From IMG/VR virus record IMGVR_UViG_3300033066_000804, positions 404-64,403 of that record: a DNA stretch of 64,000 nt, one strand, 5' to 3'. The notes under the pieces were generated by a model. It searched no databases, was not told where the DNA came from, and saw only the letters and a list, made by a program, of their open reading frames with translations. Shown in pieces: positions 28,482-38,513 of the stretch; within the stretch, counting starts at the first letter, position 1, and the number at the start of each line of letters is the position of its first letter. Source of the DNA: a virus. Lineage: Duplodnaviria; Caudoviricetes. The position numbers were made by a program, and so were the translations under genes.

Positions 28482-29130
28482 CCTGGGGCTGCCGCCCACC
28501 GACCCGATTGCCTGGTCGATTGCGGATCGGACTAGCCGGTCACGAGCCGCGCGGGCGCACATTCGGGAACTGGCCGGGGACCTGGCGCGATTGTCTGCGC
28601 TGGAGCCCTCGCCCCAACTGCGGGACTACCTGGACAAGATTGGCGACCTGCTGGCGGCCCTGGATGCGGCTTGGGTGTATCAGCCGAACGAGTCGTTTCG
28701 CCAGCGGGCGGTGGTGATTGAGACACTGCTGGAGGCAGGAGCCAACGGTTACCAGCGGCTCGCCAATGCCGAGGGACTGTCGTCCGTCGAGAAGGCGCGG
28801 CGATCCCGTGTGGGCCTGATGCTGGGCGATGCCCTTTGTACCATCCGCACCGGCATCCCCGGCGCGGATTCCACGCCCAACCTCGCCAGCCTGAACGGCT
28901 CCGGCATGTGCTCATCCACCGGCGGCGGGTCACCGCCCAGCCTGCACCGCAATATCAACGTCCTGGATCAGATTACCCAGGCCAACGCGAATGCCGCTAT
29001 CGGCGCCCGCGTGACCGGAGAGGCACAAACCCAGGTGGTGGTCCTGCGCGTCGATCCCCTGGCGGTGCCGTCCTCGGCAGGCGTGGTCGATGCCCTGTAC
29101 CTGATTGCTAAGGGGGTCGTCACGGCATGA
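28465..29130 (+). CDS. Hypothetical baseplate-region protein
   Basis: Coupled ORF in the baseplate cluster. Confidence 0.55.
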   Translation: MASLANLGLPPTDPIAWSIADRTSRSRAARAHIRELAGDLARLSALEPSPQLRDYLDKIGDLLAALDAAWVYQPNESFRQRAVVIETLLEAGANGYQRLANAEGLSSVEKARRSRVGLMLGDALCTIRTGIPGADSTPNLASLNGSGMCSSTGGGSPPSLHRNINVLDQITQANANAAIGARVTGEAQTQVVVLRVDPLAVPSSAGVVDALYLIAKGVVTA

Positions 29131-29204
29131 CCACTCTGCACCATATCGAGGATGTCCTCGACATGGTCCTCCACCCAATCGCTAAGGGGGTCGTGTCCGC
29201 ATGA
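29127..29204 (+). CDS. 25-aa mini-ORF duplicating a gene junction
   Basis: MTTLHHIEDVLDMVLHPIAKGVVSA*; ATGA-coupled at both ends. Confidence 0.45.
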   Translation: MTTLHHIEDVLDMVLHPIAKGVVSA

Positions 29205-29845
29205 CCACCTATCAGGATTTTGTCTCGCGGGTCACGGGCTGGCGTGATGCCCAGATCCAGGTGGGCGACACCCTGCCGGCCATTGCCCTGCGTGAACTGG
29301 GGAATGCCGGCCGCTGGATTGAACTGGTCAGCCTAAACGCCCTACGCGCGCCCTATCTGGTGGCGACCCAGGGCGAGAAAGATGCCCAGCCGGGCGAACT
29401 GCTGAAATACGGCGACACGATCCGCATCCCGGCGGTTCGGCGGACATTTACCGCCGTTTCCGATCCCAACAGCGTTTACGGCGCGGACGTGGCCCTGGAC
29501 AAAAAGCGCATGGTCCCGGAAAACGGGGATTTCGTGGTCGTGGCCGGGCTCTACAACCTGCGCCAAGCCATTTCCCACCGAATTTCCACCTCTCCGGGCG
29601 AGATCCTGCGGCACCCGCAGTACGGCTGCCATGTCCGCGAGATTCTGGGCGAAAAGTACACCGACGCGGTGCAACTGCTGGCCCAGTTTTTCGTCATGGA
29701 GGCCATGGAGGTCGAGCCCCGCGTGTCCCGCGTGTTCCAAGCGGAATTCTCCCGGACGGGCGACACCATCGGGCTGGCGGTCCAGGTGGTCCCTATTGAC
29801 GGGGGCTCGCCGGTCACCGCCAACCTCGTTTTCCCAGCAGGCTAA
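29201..29845 (+). CDS. LysM/tail-X-like plus gp25-like baseplate wedge protein
   Basis: GDTLPAIALRELGNAGRW N-terminus; LRQAISHRIST..GE..HPQYG and EPRVSRV motifs. Confidence 0.75.
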   Translation: MTTYQDFVSRVTGWRDAQIQVGDTLPAIALRELGNAGRWIELVSLNALRAPYLVATQGEKDAQPGELLKYGDTIRIPAVRRTFTAVSDPNSVYGADVALDKKRMVPENGDFVVVAGLYNLRQAISHRISTSPGEILRHPQYGCHVREILGEKYTDAVQLLAQFFVMEAMEVEPRVSRVFQAEFSRTGDTIGLAVQVVPIDGGSPVTANLVFPAG

Positions 29846-29849
29846 GCGC

Positions 29850-30935
29850 ATGGCATTCCAGACTAAGGACTTCATTTCCATCCTGGCCAGTATGGTTAAC
29901 CGGATGCGGGCCACCCAGGACCAGATCACGGACTACAACGTGGGCGGGGTGGCGCGGGCCTTGCTGGAGGCGCCGGCCATTGAACTCGAAGCCTTCTACG
30001 TCGAACTGGTCAATGGCCTGCTGGATGCCATCCCGGCGGCGGTCTATCAGGGGTTCGATTTCGGGCGCCTGCCGGCGGCCTATGCTGCGGGCGAGGTGAC
30101 TTTCTCGCGGTCGGTCGGCGGGTTCGGCGCCCATGACGTGCCGGCCGGGACCCTGGTCAAGATCCCCAACACCGACCGGCTGTATGCCGTCCTCGCCACG
30201 GTCACGATGTCGGATGTCCAGAACACGGTGGCGGCCAAGGTGCTTGCCGTCGAGCCGGGGTCCGCCAGCAACGCCCTTCCCGGCACGGTGACCTCGATGG
30301 TCGCGCCGGTGTCCGGGTTCGGCGGGGTCGTCAATGCCCTGGCGATTACCTCGGGGCGGGACCAGGAAACGGACGGGGAGCGGCGGGATCGGTTCGTCCT
30401 GTTTTTGGAGTCCTTGGCGCGGGGAACGCAAACCGCCTTGCGGCATGCGGCCTTGAGTTGTCGTCTGGTCAATGACGACGGGGCCATTACCGAATATGTC
30501 TCCCGCGTGGGCCTGGAGGAGGATCTTCCGGGCCGGGTGAAGGTTTGGCTCTACGGTAGCGGCGGCGACCTGAGCGACACGCTGTTGGCCCTGGTGGAGG
30601 CCACTATCGAGGGGTCCGATGGGCTGCCGGGCTATCGGGCGGCCGGGGTCCAGGTCGTGTACCAGCGTATGAATCTGCTTCCAATTAACGTCACGGTTAC
30701 GTTAAATCCGCTGCCGGGCTGGACGGTGGACACCGCGATGGTCAACGGGGCGGTGGCGGCCATTGGTGATTACCTGGCCAGCGTCGAACCGGGTGATTAC
30801 GTCCGTGTGTCCCTGCTGACCGCGCAACTGCTGCGAGTGACCGGCGTCGCGTCGGTTGATCTGGTGGTGCCAGAAGAAAACCTGTTGGTTCCGGTGTACT
30901 CGATGCCGGTGCCGGGCACGCTGGACATCTCCTAA
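29850..30935 (+). CDS. Baseplate J-like protein
   Basis: ITDYNVGGVARALLEA, GRDQETDGERRDRF and SLARGT motifs. Confidence 0.9.
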   Translation: MAFQTKDFISILASMVNRMRATQDQITDYNVGGVARALLEAPAIELEAFYVELVNGLLDAIPAAVYQGFDFGRLPAAYAAGEVTFSRSVGGFGAHDVPAGTLVKIPNTDRLYAVLATVTMSDVQNTVAAKVLAVEPGSASNALPGTVTSMVAPVSGFGGVVNALAITSGRDQETDGERRDRFVLFLESLARGTQTALRHAALSCRLVNDDGAITEYVSRVGLEEDLPGRVKVWLYGSGGDLSDTLLALVEATIEGSDGLPGYRAAGVQVVYQRMNLLPINVTVTLNPLPGWTVDTAMVNGAVAAIGDYLASVEPGDYVRVSLLTAQLLRVTGVASVDLVVPEENLLVPVYSMPVPGTLDIS

Positions 30936-32560
30936 TGCGCCATTCCGCACTCATCCCGCACCTGCACCGGGTATTCGACCTGTACCCGGACCCGGTTCTG
31001 GTCCTGCGGGTCCGTGCGGACCCGGATGACCTGGCCTGGTCGGTGGTCCGGGACACGCTGACACTGACGCCCGCCGGCGGCGATCCGGTGGTATTCGACC
31101 TGGCGGCCCTGACGCTGACCGAACTGGCAGATGCCATTCAGGCCGAGGGATTCACCTTGGCTTACGAGTCCGAGGACCACGGTCACCTGCTGGCAGCGTC
31201 CCTGATGGAGGGCGCCGGGACTGCGTTCGCGTCGAACGGCGACCACCTGTTCCTGACCACCAATCCGATCCTGTTCCTGCTGGATTCTCTGGGGGTGCTG
31301 CTAGAGGCGACCCACGCGGATCTGCTCCTGGCCCTGGCCGAAATGGCGCCCCTGGCGGCGGATGGTGAATGGGCCGATCTTTGGGGGCACCACCTGGGCA
31401 CCCAGCGGCGCGACGGGGAACTGGACGCTGCCTATACCCAACGAATCTTTTTCGAGATCCTGCGCCCCAGGAACAATCGCTTTGCGCTGGAGGCGACCCT
31501 TACGGAGATCGCCGAGGCGCCGGTGTCGGTATTCGAGCCCTGGACGCGGGTCCTGCATGGCTCCGGGTATGCGCCGGGCTTGTCGCGGGACCGGCTACGG
31601 GATAGCTGGTACTGGACCCACGGCATCATTGAGGTGTCCGGCGCAGATCGGTCGGCGGTACAGGCCATGACCGACCGGCACCGGGCGGCGGGGGTCCTGC
31701 CACGCTATCGCCAGCCGGCCAACCTGGCTGCATTGGATGCCAGCGCCGTATCCGTTTCCACCCAGATTTCCAAGACCGTACAGACTCGCCCTGCGGGTTT
31801 CGCTCGTAGCCTGGTCCTAGATGGAGCTATTCCTGCGGGCGCCACTACAGTCGGAAATGAGCCGTTCCTGTGGGTGCTGCAAGACTCGGTGCGGTCTCAT
31901 CGATCTCTGCTGGCTGTCGGTGCGCGACATGCTCAGGGCGTGATTGATTTACCGGCCAGCGCTGTCCCAGCCAGCCACCTGTTGTGGAACTGGGTCCGCA
32001 TAGACCCGGCCAATCCCCCCACCACGGTCATGCTGGGCTGGCGAATCAATGGGGCCTGGGTCTATGTCTATTGGGGCGCTGACTCGCGCACCGAAACGCC
32101 ACGCCATTACCAGGAAACGCTACCAGAACCAGGTGTCTGGACCCTGCTATTTGTCGCGCCATTTGCGCTGGGGATTGCCCCTGGTGACCTTTGCGACGGG
32201 CTGTTTTTCGGCCTGTTCGGCGGACGGGCGCACTGGGGGCCATCCGGGACTGTGCTGGCCATGGAATCCAGCACCAGCAGATACCAAATCAGTGGCGTCC
32301 CGATTCTAAATCTGTCCGAGATCGATGGAACCTATCACTATGGCCCTCTCGTCCTGACCGAGTTGGGGGTTCCCGTTTATCGCCTTGAGATTCCCGGCGG
32401 CGGAACGACCCCCACTGCGCTTTACGCTGGTCAAGGTTTTCGCCTGGGGGATCTGGACGCCTTGGGGTATCTGGTGGGAACGCCGAACGCCGCGCTGACC
32501 GAGGCCGTCTGGAGCCATTTTTATTTCCTGGCGCGCACAGAAATCGCGCAGTCGTCGTGA
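30935..32560 (+). CDS. Baseplate wedge protein (P2 gpI-like)
   Basis: WADLWG..RRDGELDAAYTQRI motif; follows the J-like gene. Confidence 0.6.
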   Translation: MRHSALIPHLHRVFDLYPDPVLVLRVRADPDDLAWSVVRDTLTLTPAGGDPVVFDLAALTLTELADAIQAEGFTLAYESEDHGHLLAASLMEGAGTAFASNGDHLFLTTNPILFLLDSLGVLLEATHADLLLALAEMAPLAADGEWADLWGHHLGTQRRDGELDAAYTQRIFFEILRPRNNRFALEATLTEIAEAPVSVFEPWTRVLHGSGYAPGLSRDRLRDSWYWTHGIIEVSGADRSAVQAMTDRHRAAGVLPRYRQPANLAALDASAVSVSTQISKTVQTRPAGFARSLVLDGAIPAGATTVGNEPFLWVLQDSVRSHRSLLAVGARHAQGVIDLPASAVPASHLLWNWVRIDPANPPTTVMLGWRINGAWVYVYWGADSRTETPRHYQETLPEPGVWTLLFVAPFALGIAPGDLCDGLFFGLFGGRAHWGPSGTVLAMESSTSRYQISGVPILNLSEIDGTYHYGPLVLTELGVPVYRLEIPGGGTTPTALYAGQGFRLGDLDALGYLVGTPNAALTEAVWSHFYFLARTEIAQSS

Positions 32561-32569
32561 TAGCACTCT
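32554..32569 (+). promoter_or_regulatory. Candidate late promoter (leaderless)
   Basis: GTCGTGA-tag-CACTCT, 6 nt to ATG 32576. Confidence 0.6.
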
Positions 32570-32575
32570 AGGCCC

Positions 32576-33076
32576 ATGAGCACACTGACCCAATCGCATC
32601 ATGTCGCGCAGGCACTCCGGTTCCTGGCCGCGACCAACAAATACATCGGCATCGGCCGCACGGCTGCCTGGGACGTGGAAACGGCCCCGCCGGCGCCCTC
32701 AATCATTGCGACCGGGCTGGACACGCCCATCTGTTACGCGCCCCTGTCCAAGGCTTGCCTGGTCGTGGCCGATGCGGGCGGCGCTATCACGTTCGGCGGG
32801 GATACCTATTTGGAGGTGCCCCCCGAGGACGCCTACACGGTGGGCGCGACCCAGGTTTATGTGGAATCTCAGTTAGATGGGGTGGCCGCTCCCCTGGTGA
32901 CGTACCGACAGGCGGCATTATTTTCTGGCCTGACCAAGGCGGGAGGCGCCGGCGCGGGGATCCTGCTCCCGGCGGACGTGACTGATCCGGGCATCCTGGA
33001 GGTGCTGGACAATCGCCAGCCCACCTACCGGGCGGCCGATACCCTGGACGTGATCGCCCACCTGTTGCAATTCTGA
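32576..33076 (+). CDS. Baseplate protein
   Basis: YIGIGRTAAW and YRQAAL motifs; precedes the adsorption protein. Confidence 0.6.
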   Translation: MSTLTQSHHVAQALRFLAATNKYIGIGRTAAWDVETAPPAPSIIATGLDTPICYAPLSKACLVVADAGGAITFGGDTYLEVPPEDAYTVGATQVYVESQLDGVAAPLVTYRQAALFSGLTKAGGAGAGILLPADVTDPGILEVLDNRQPTYRAADTLDVIAHLLQF

Positions 33077-33083
33077 GGACGCC

Positions 33084-36000
33084 ATGCCCAGCACCTATTA
33101 TGATCGGTATGCCCGGACCAAGGGCTGGAAGGCCTTAAAATTCTTGGCCGGGCGCGGCGTTCAGTCGGCCGAACTCAACGAAATGCAGTCGGTCCTGTTC
33201 GACGAATTGCACCAGTTGGGGAAAACCGTTTGGTCTGACGGGCAGGTCATCCGGGGTATTGAACTGCACGTTTCCGGCTTGCTGGCCAGCCTCACCGAGG
33301 GGCAGGTGTATTTCGCCGGGGTGTTCCACGACTTTCCCGGCGGCACCGTCGCGGTTACCGGGACCGGGCTGGAAGTGATTGGGCTCCGGTTTACCTCCTC
33401 CATTGTGACCGAATCCGAGGACCCGTCCCTGCATGACCCGGCCTCTGGCTGGGAGAATTCCGGGTATGCCGGCGCGCACCGGCTGATTTACAGTCTCGCG
33501 GTGACCAACAATGCGGCCGATGCTGTGCCCCTGTTTGCCCTGCAAGATGGGCTGTTGTCGGCGGATTACCGCCCCCAGCCGGCGGCATCCGACCTGGCCC
33601 TGACCCTGTCCCGGCGCACTTTCGACGAGTCCGGGGACTATCTGGTTCGCGGTCTGCGCTGCCGGGTGGAAGCCAAGGACGCCAATCAGTTTTGGGTCAT
33701 CGTGTCGGACGGCAAAGCCTATGTCCGTGGTAGCGAGTTTGCTTTCCCGGCGGCGGTGCGTCTGGCCCTGGACCGGCCCCTGGGGACTGGGGTGGTCACG
33801 GACGAACCGCACACCTTCCTGACCGGGACCGACCTCTATACACTGGCCACCCCGCCGGTGAAGGCAATCTCCTCGGTATCGGCGACGGTCGAGAAAACCG
33901 TTACGATCACCAAGGGCACCGCGAACGGCACGGACCTCATGCCCTACACGCCGATCTCCAGCATCGAGTCGGTGAGCCAGGGCGCTACGACCTATGTGGT
34001 CGGGGTTGATTATCAGGTGTCGGGCAACTCCGTCAGTTGGGCACTCGGGGGTGCCGAGCCGGTAACGGGCACGTCTTACACCGTCGTGTTGCGGTACATC
34101 AAGCCCATGGTGGCGACCACGGATTACCTGCTCGCGGGCGGGGACCTGGATTTTTCTCCGGCCGGGGATAACCCGGTCCACAATACCGCCTTTTATGTCA
34201 CCTATGAGAACTATTTGCCGCGCCATGACCTGCTGGTAATGACGCCTCGCGGCGAACTGTCCATCGTGCAGGGCACCCCCGGCCTATTTGCCGCACCCCC
34301 GCCGGCGCCGGCGGACACGTTGCCGATTGCCACCCTGGCGATGTCGGCCAATACCGACGTGGATGCGGTGACCGTTCTGCATTCGGAGCGGTATCGGCTC
34401 ACCATGTCGGAGCTTCAAAAGCTGCGAAACCGGGTGGACGATCTGGAATACAACATGGCGGTCACGGACCTGGAGCAGGCCGCCATCAATGTGCAACTGT
34501 CCACGTCCAAAAAGGCGATTTTCACCGACTCCTTCCGAGATCGTTCCAAAATGGACGTTGGCCACGCGCAGCTATCCTGTGCCGTTGGCGTTGCCGGCGA
34601 CCATCTGGACACGCTGTACCCGAATTTCTCGGTGGCCTTCCACGACCTGGGCGACCAGGACCATTTTGTCCTGCGGGCTTATTCCGAGGTGGCCTTCTCG
34701 GCGCAAAATTTCGCCACCCACCAGATTTGCGCCAATCCCTATTCCGCGTACAACTCCAGCGGCATCCTGGCCCTGACGCCCCCCGCCGATATTTGGGTCG
34801 AGGAAGTCACCGTCCAGACATCCCAGGACCAGGAGGTGATTACTGGGGTCGGGAATGAGGTCGTTTGGGCCTGGTGGGAGCAGTGGACGGATCGGTCCCT
34901 GGTATCGGAAACCGCCATCCAGGCGACCAGCCGGGTCAAAACGGTCACGGTCGCCGGCAGCGGCTATTTGCCCTATTCGGACGATCTCCGGGTGACCCTG
35001 GACGGGGTCCTGGTGCCGCTATTTCCTGGCGATGGCACCCTGGCCGGCAGCATCCCTGAGTCCGTGCGGGCCGATAGTGCGGGTGCCTTCTTGGCCACTT
35101 TCGATGTGCCGGCCGGGACCTTCTCGGGCTCCCACGATGTCCAGATTTTCAATACCCTGAACACCGGCAGTACGGAATACCTGATCGACGGTCGGCTGAA
35201 CACCTGGCTGGAAGCGACTACGCGGGTCCGGCATGGGAGGCGGTTGCAGTCTGCGGACCCAGTCGGCCAGTCATTTGAACCGCCATCTGACTTGTTTGTC
35301 AGTGCCGTGGACCTTTATTTCGGCGCCAAGAGTACGACGAACGTCCCGGCGGTGGTGTCGATCCGCAATATGGTAAACGGCTATCCCGGCCCCGCTATCC
35401 TGGCCGAAAAAAGCCTAATCCCTGCGGATGTGTCGGTCAGTTCGACCGGCAGCGCGGCCACTCATGTGGTTTTCCCCACCCCGGCGTACCTGCGACTAGG
35501 GGAGGAATATTGCATCGTCTGCGGGTCGAACAGCGACGAGTATTATCTGCACTATGCCCGGCTGGGCGGCGCGGACCTGCTCACCGGCGCGACCGTCCTG
35601 GCCAACCCGGCGGCCGGCGTCATGTTTTCGTCCGCCAATGCCAGCACCTGGACCGCCCACCAAAGCGAGGATCTGAAGTTCCGCCTGTACCGGGCCGAAT
35701 TCGGCTATGACGAGCGGATCATCAGCTTCGGGACTCACACGGTCGATGGGTCCATCATCACCCTGATGGGGTCCGCCATCAGCCCCACCGGGACCTCGGT
35801 GGCCTGGGAGGTGCAGGCCAATGGCGCCGGCGCCTGGCAGTCGATCCCGTCTAACACCCTGGTGGATATGGGGGTCATGCTGACCTCGCTATCCGTCCGG
35901 GCACGGCTGAACGGCACCCCAACCCTGTCGCCGTCCCTGTTCGGCGCCGTCGGCCTGGTGGTCGCCAAATGGGATGCGACCGGGGCCTATGTGTCTCGCG

Positions 36001-36284
36001 AAACCACCCTTTCCGCCTACACCAGCTTGCGGGTCTATCTGGACGTGTCCCTACCGTCCGGGACTTCGGTCACGCCCTACTACTCGATTGACGGCGGCAC
36101 CAACTGGGTCGGATGCGGCGCTGTGGTATCGGAAACGACGGTCAATCCCGAGTTTGTCGAGCGTTATTACCTGGTCTCCGGACTCTCCAATCCGACCCAA
36201 CTGCGGGTCAAGTTAGCCCTGGCAGCCAGCGGGGACCGGCTCCGGGTGCCCAGGGTCCGCAGACTGCGAGCGATTGCCACATGA
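33084..36284 (+). CDS. Large adsorption/tail fibre protein (DUF4815-like)
   Basis: 1066 aa; GRGVQSAELNEMQS, LSRRTFDESGDY, GKAYVRG and DPVGQSF motifs. Confidence 0.8.
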   Translation: MPSTYYDRYARTKGWKALKFLAGRGVQSAELNEMQSVLFDELHQLGKTVWSDGQVIRGIELHVSGLLASLTEGQVYFAGVFHDFPGGTVAVTGTGLEVIGLRFTSSIVTESEDPSLHDPASGWENSGYAGAHRLIYSLAVTNNAADAVPLFALQDGLLSADYRPQPAASDLALTLSRRTFDESGDYLVRGLRCRVEAKDANQFWVIVSDGKAYVRGSEFAFPAAVRLALDRPLGTGVVTDEPHTFLTGTDLYTLATPPVKAISSVSATVEKTVTITKGTANGTDLMPYTPISSIESVSQGATTYVVGVDYQVSGNSVSWALGGAEPVTGTSYTVVLRYIKPMVATTDYLLAGGDLDFSPAGDNPVHNTAFYVTYENYLPRHDLLVMTPRGELSIVQGTPGLFAAPPPAPADTLPIATLAMSANTDVDAVTVLHSERYRLTMSELQKLRNRVDDLEYNMAVTDLEQAAINVQLSTSKKAIFTDSFRDRSKMDVGHAQLSCAVGVAGDHLDTLYPNFSVAFHDLGDQDHFVLRAYSEVAFSAQNFATHQICANPYSAYNSSGILALTPPADIWVEEVTVQTSQDQEVITGVGNEVVWAWWEQWTDRSLVSETAIQATSRVKTVTVAGSGYLPYSDDLRVTLDGVLVPLFPGDGTLAGSIPESVRADSAGAFLATFDVPAGTFSGSHDVQIFNTLNTGSTEYLIDGRLNTWLEATTRVRHGRRLQSADPVGQSFEPPSDLFVSAVDLYFGAKSTTNVPAVVSIRNMVNGYPGPAILAEKSLIPADVSVSSTGSAATHVVFPTPAYLRLGEEYCIVCGSNSDEYYLHYARLGGADLLTGATVLANPAAGVMFSSANASTWTAHQSEDLKFRLYRAEFGYDERIISFGTHTVDGSIITLMGSAISPTGTSVAWEVQANGAGAWQSIPSNTLVDMGVMLTSLSVRARLNGTPTLSPSLFGAVGLVVAKWDATGAYVSRETTLSAYTSLRVYLDVSLPSGTSVTPYYSIDGGTNWVGCGAVVSETTVNPEFVERYYLVSGLSNPTQLRVKLALAASGDRLRVPRVRRLRAIAT

Positions 36285-36451
36285 TGACAACCCCCAACAT
36301 CCCAACCGGCTGGGTGCGCGATCCCAACAGTCGCGCCCTGGTGTTCGCCGACACTGAAACCCTGGCCGAACGCATGGATCGGCTGGAACAGATGATCGCA
36401 GACGTTAACCGCCGACTGGATCGGCTGGAAAATCGAGAGGTGGTCGCGTGA
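36281..36451 (+). CDS. Small coiled-coil protein
   Basis: ATGA-coupled; ERMDRLEQMIADVNRRLDRLE. Confidence 0.6.
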   Translation: MMTTPNIPTGWVRDPNSRALVFADTETLAERMDRLEQMIADVNRRLDRLENREVVA

Positions 36452-36792
36452 GTTTTACGGCAATCGACCTGACGTTGCCTGGCGGGGATACCATCGCTTC
36501 GGCGATGACGAAGATCAACGCGGGCTTTGTGGCAATTATGCGGGAAATCACCCTGGGTGCAGTGCCAGGATGGAACCTTGCCGTAGCCGGGGCTGACCTG
36601 TCGGCCCCTGACTCGGTAACCTGGACGAACGGAAGCAACAAGGTCAAGATCGCCTACACCTACTCAACAGGACTCGTTGCAACGGCAGTCCACCAGTATT
36701 CCACCAATAACGGGGGAGCATGGACTGTTACCGGAACTGAAACCTATGCCTATGACGGCAATGGTTACTGCACCGGGTCAACCTGGAGCTGA
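36448..36792 (+). CDS. Tail fibre-associated protein
   Basis: GDTIASAMTKINAGF motif; GTG start. Confidence 0.5.
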   Translation: MSFTAIDLTLPGGDTIASAMTKINAGFVAIMREITLGAVPGWNLAVAGADLSAPDSVTWTNGSNKVKIAYTYSTGLVATAVHQYSTNNGGAWTVTGTETYAYDGNGYCTGSTWS

Positions 36793-36798
36793 AACAAA

Positions 36799-37371
36799 AT
36801 GTTAGCCCCCATTTACGGATCGGTCATTAAGATCCTCAATCGTTGGACTCAAACCCTTGCGGATCGGTTGGATGCGTCGATCTCCAGTAGGGCACCATCC
36901 AGCACTGCGCTAACCACGGCAACGTGGACAGGAACACGGGCCGGAAAGCTCGATAGCCTAGATGCCGCTATCACCAGTCGGGCACCCGCCAGTACGGCAC
37001 TGTCCAACGCTACATGGACGGATGTCAAGGCCGGTTATCTGGATGCAGCAATCAGTACTATATCCTCTCCCGTCAGGAGCATTCAAACCGGAACTGTCGA
37101 TACCACCACCACGACTAATGGCACTGTTCCGGAAGCCAATTATATTGATGTAACCATCAGCTCAGTGACAGTGAGTAAATGCTTTGTCGTGGCTAACATT
37201 GGTGCCGGGATTGGGTCGAACAATGTCGGCGAGGCACAAGTCGCTGCTAGGCTCTTTGGGCAAACGGGACAGGCATATCTACTGAACAGCACCACCCTAC
37301 GAATCCATGGCGGCGTAGCAGGCACATATAGGAGTCTGTCTGGCCGTTGGACCGTCATTGAGTACAAATAA
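36799..37371 (+). CDS. Short tail fibre protein
   Basis: Two LDA(S/A)I(S/T)SRAP repeats, then VRSIQTG...WTVIEY. Confidence 0.55.
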   Translation: MLAPIYGSVIKILNRWTQTLADRLDASISSRAPSSTALTTATWTGTRAGKLDSLDAAITSRAPASTALSNATWTDVKAGYLDAAISTISSPVRSIQTGTVDTTTTTNGTVPEANYIDVTISSVTVSKCFVVANIGAGIGSNNVGEAQVAARLFGQTGQAYLLNSTTLRIHGGVAGTYRSLSGRWTVIEYK

Positions 37372-37758
37372 ATGCCGCTTTACGCACAGATCGACTCCAA
37401 CCAGCAGGCCGTGTGCATCACTCGCTCTGCCGATCCCATCACCCAGGAACACATGATCCCCCTCGAGGAGGGTCAAGCGGTCCTTGGGCAGCGTTGGACC
37501 GGCTCCCAATGGGAAGCCGTCGTGGCGCCACCCTCCTACCCCACCATCTCCTCCCTCACCTTCCTTCGCCGCTTTACCGCGCCGGAACGGGTTGCCATCC
37601 GGACCAGCCAGGATCCCTACGTCGTGGATTTCATGGATCTGTTGAACAAGGCGACCGAGGTGTTGCAATCTGACCCGGATGTCCAGGGCGGCATGGCTTA
37701 CCTGGTGTCGCTGGGCCTGTTGACTCAGGAGAGGGCGGGGGAAGTTTTGGATTGGTAG
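37372..37758 (+). CDS. Tail fibre assembly protein
   Basis: LGQRWTGSQW, FLRRFTAPER and LLTQERAGEVL motifs. Confidence 0.55.
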   Translation: MPLYAQIDSNQQAVCITRSADPITQEHMIPLEEGQAVLGQRWTGSQWEAVVAPPSYPTISSLTFLRRFTAPERVAIRTSQDPYVVDFMDLLNKATEVLQSDPDVQGGMAYLVSLGLLTQERAGEVLDW

Positions 37759-37764
37759 GAGAGG

Positions 37765-37962
37765 CTAGGCGGTCTCCTTGATCTTTGCCAACTCCCATGC
37801 CGCCTTTGGCATGGCCCGGTCGCCGAACTCCCAATGCTGCCAGCCTCGTCGGCTGGCGCCTACCGCTTTGGCGCACCAGTCCTGCGCCTGGGTGATCCCC
37901 AGGTTGAACCGGGCTTGAATGCGCTCCCGGTAGGCCCGCACGTCGGCTGGGGCGGGCTTCAT
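37765..37962 (-). CDS. Small XRE HTH protein, Aca-like
   Basis: ITQAQDWCAKAVGASRRGWQHWEFGDRAMPKAAWEL. Confidence 0.75.
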   Translation of the reverse strand: MKPAPADVRAYRERIQARFNLGITQAQDWCAKAVGASRRGWQHWEFGDRAMPKAAWELAKIKETA

Positions 37963-38513
37963 TTCCGCACTCCTTGCTTGCCGATTTCCCTCAACGCCGC
38001 ATAGCCCGCGTCGCAGGCTATGCCTCGCATACCGACCCCATCTAACTGGTACGCCAGTCTCAGGGAAGCGTCGCCTTCCATCTCCCGCATCTGGGTCGAG
38101 ATTAACTTTCTAACCGCTTGTTTGTTCTTCCTTGGCGGCCATTCGTAATCGGCCAGGAAAGCAATTGCGTGAACGAATCGGCCACGGCACTTGGCGTCGT
38201 GCTGCTTCATCGCGGTGTAGTTGACCTCCGTGTCGTTACCCAGATACTCTGGTGAAATTCCGTGCGCTTCGCAGTATTGATAGTACCTGGAAGCGATGTC
38301 ATCGCCGGTGAAGCTAGTTCCATCCTTGAAATGGACGGCTTCTAGCTGCGGAAATAGGCTGATCGTGTCCGCCACGTCGTCCCCGGTCACCGAATACACC
38401 AGCGTGTATTCGGTTGGGTTGGTTTTATCCCCTTTTTCGTTATAGATCGGGTCCCCGTCTGGGGTATGGGCTGTATAAACCCGATGCAGGGTGACGAATT
38501 CTCTGATGTTCAT
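37959..38513 (-). CDS. Hypothetical protein (candidate anti-defence)
   Basis: First gene behind its own promoter/operator; ATGA-coupled to the HTH gene. Confidence 0.7.
   Translation of the reverse strand: MNIREFVTLHRVYTAHTPDGDPIYNEKGDKTNPTEYTLVYSVTGDDVADTISLFPQLEAVHFKDGTSFTGDDIASRYYQYCEAHGISPEYLGNDTEVNYTAMKQHDAKCRGRFVHAIAFLADYEWPPRKNKQAVRKLISTQMREMEGDASLRLAYQLDGVGMRGIACDAGYAALREIGKQGVRK

Noticed and set aside
33084-37758. Diversity-generating retroelement or invertible fibre cassette
   Set aside because: No reverse transcriptase or invertase, and no template/variable repeat pair was noticed.
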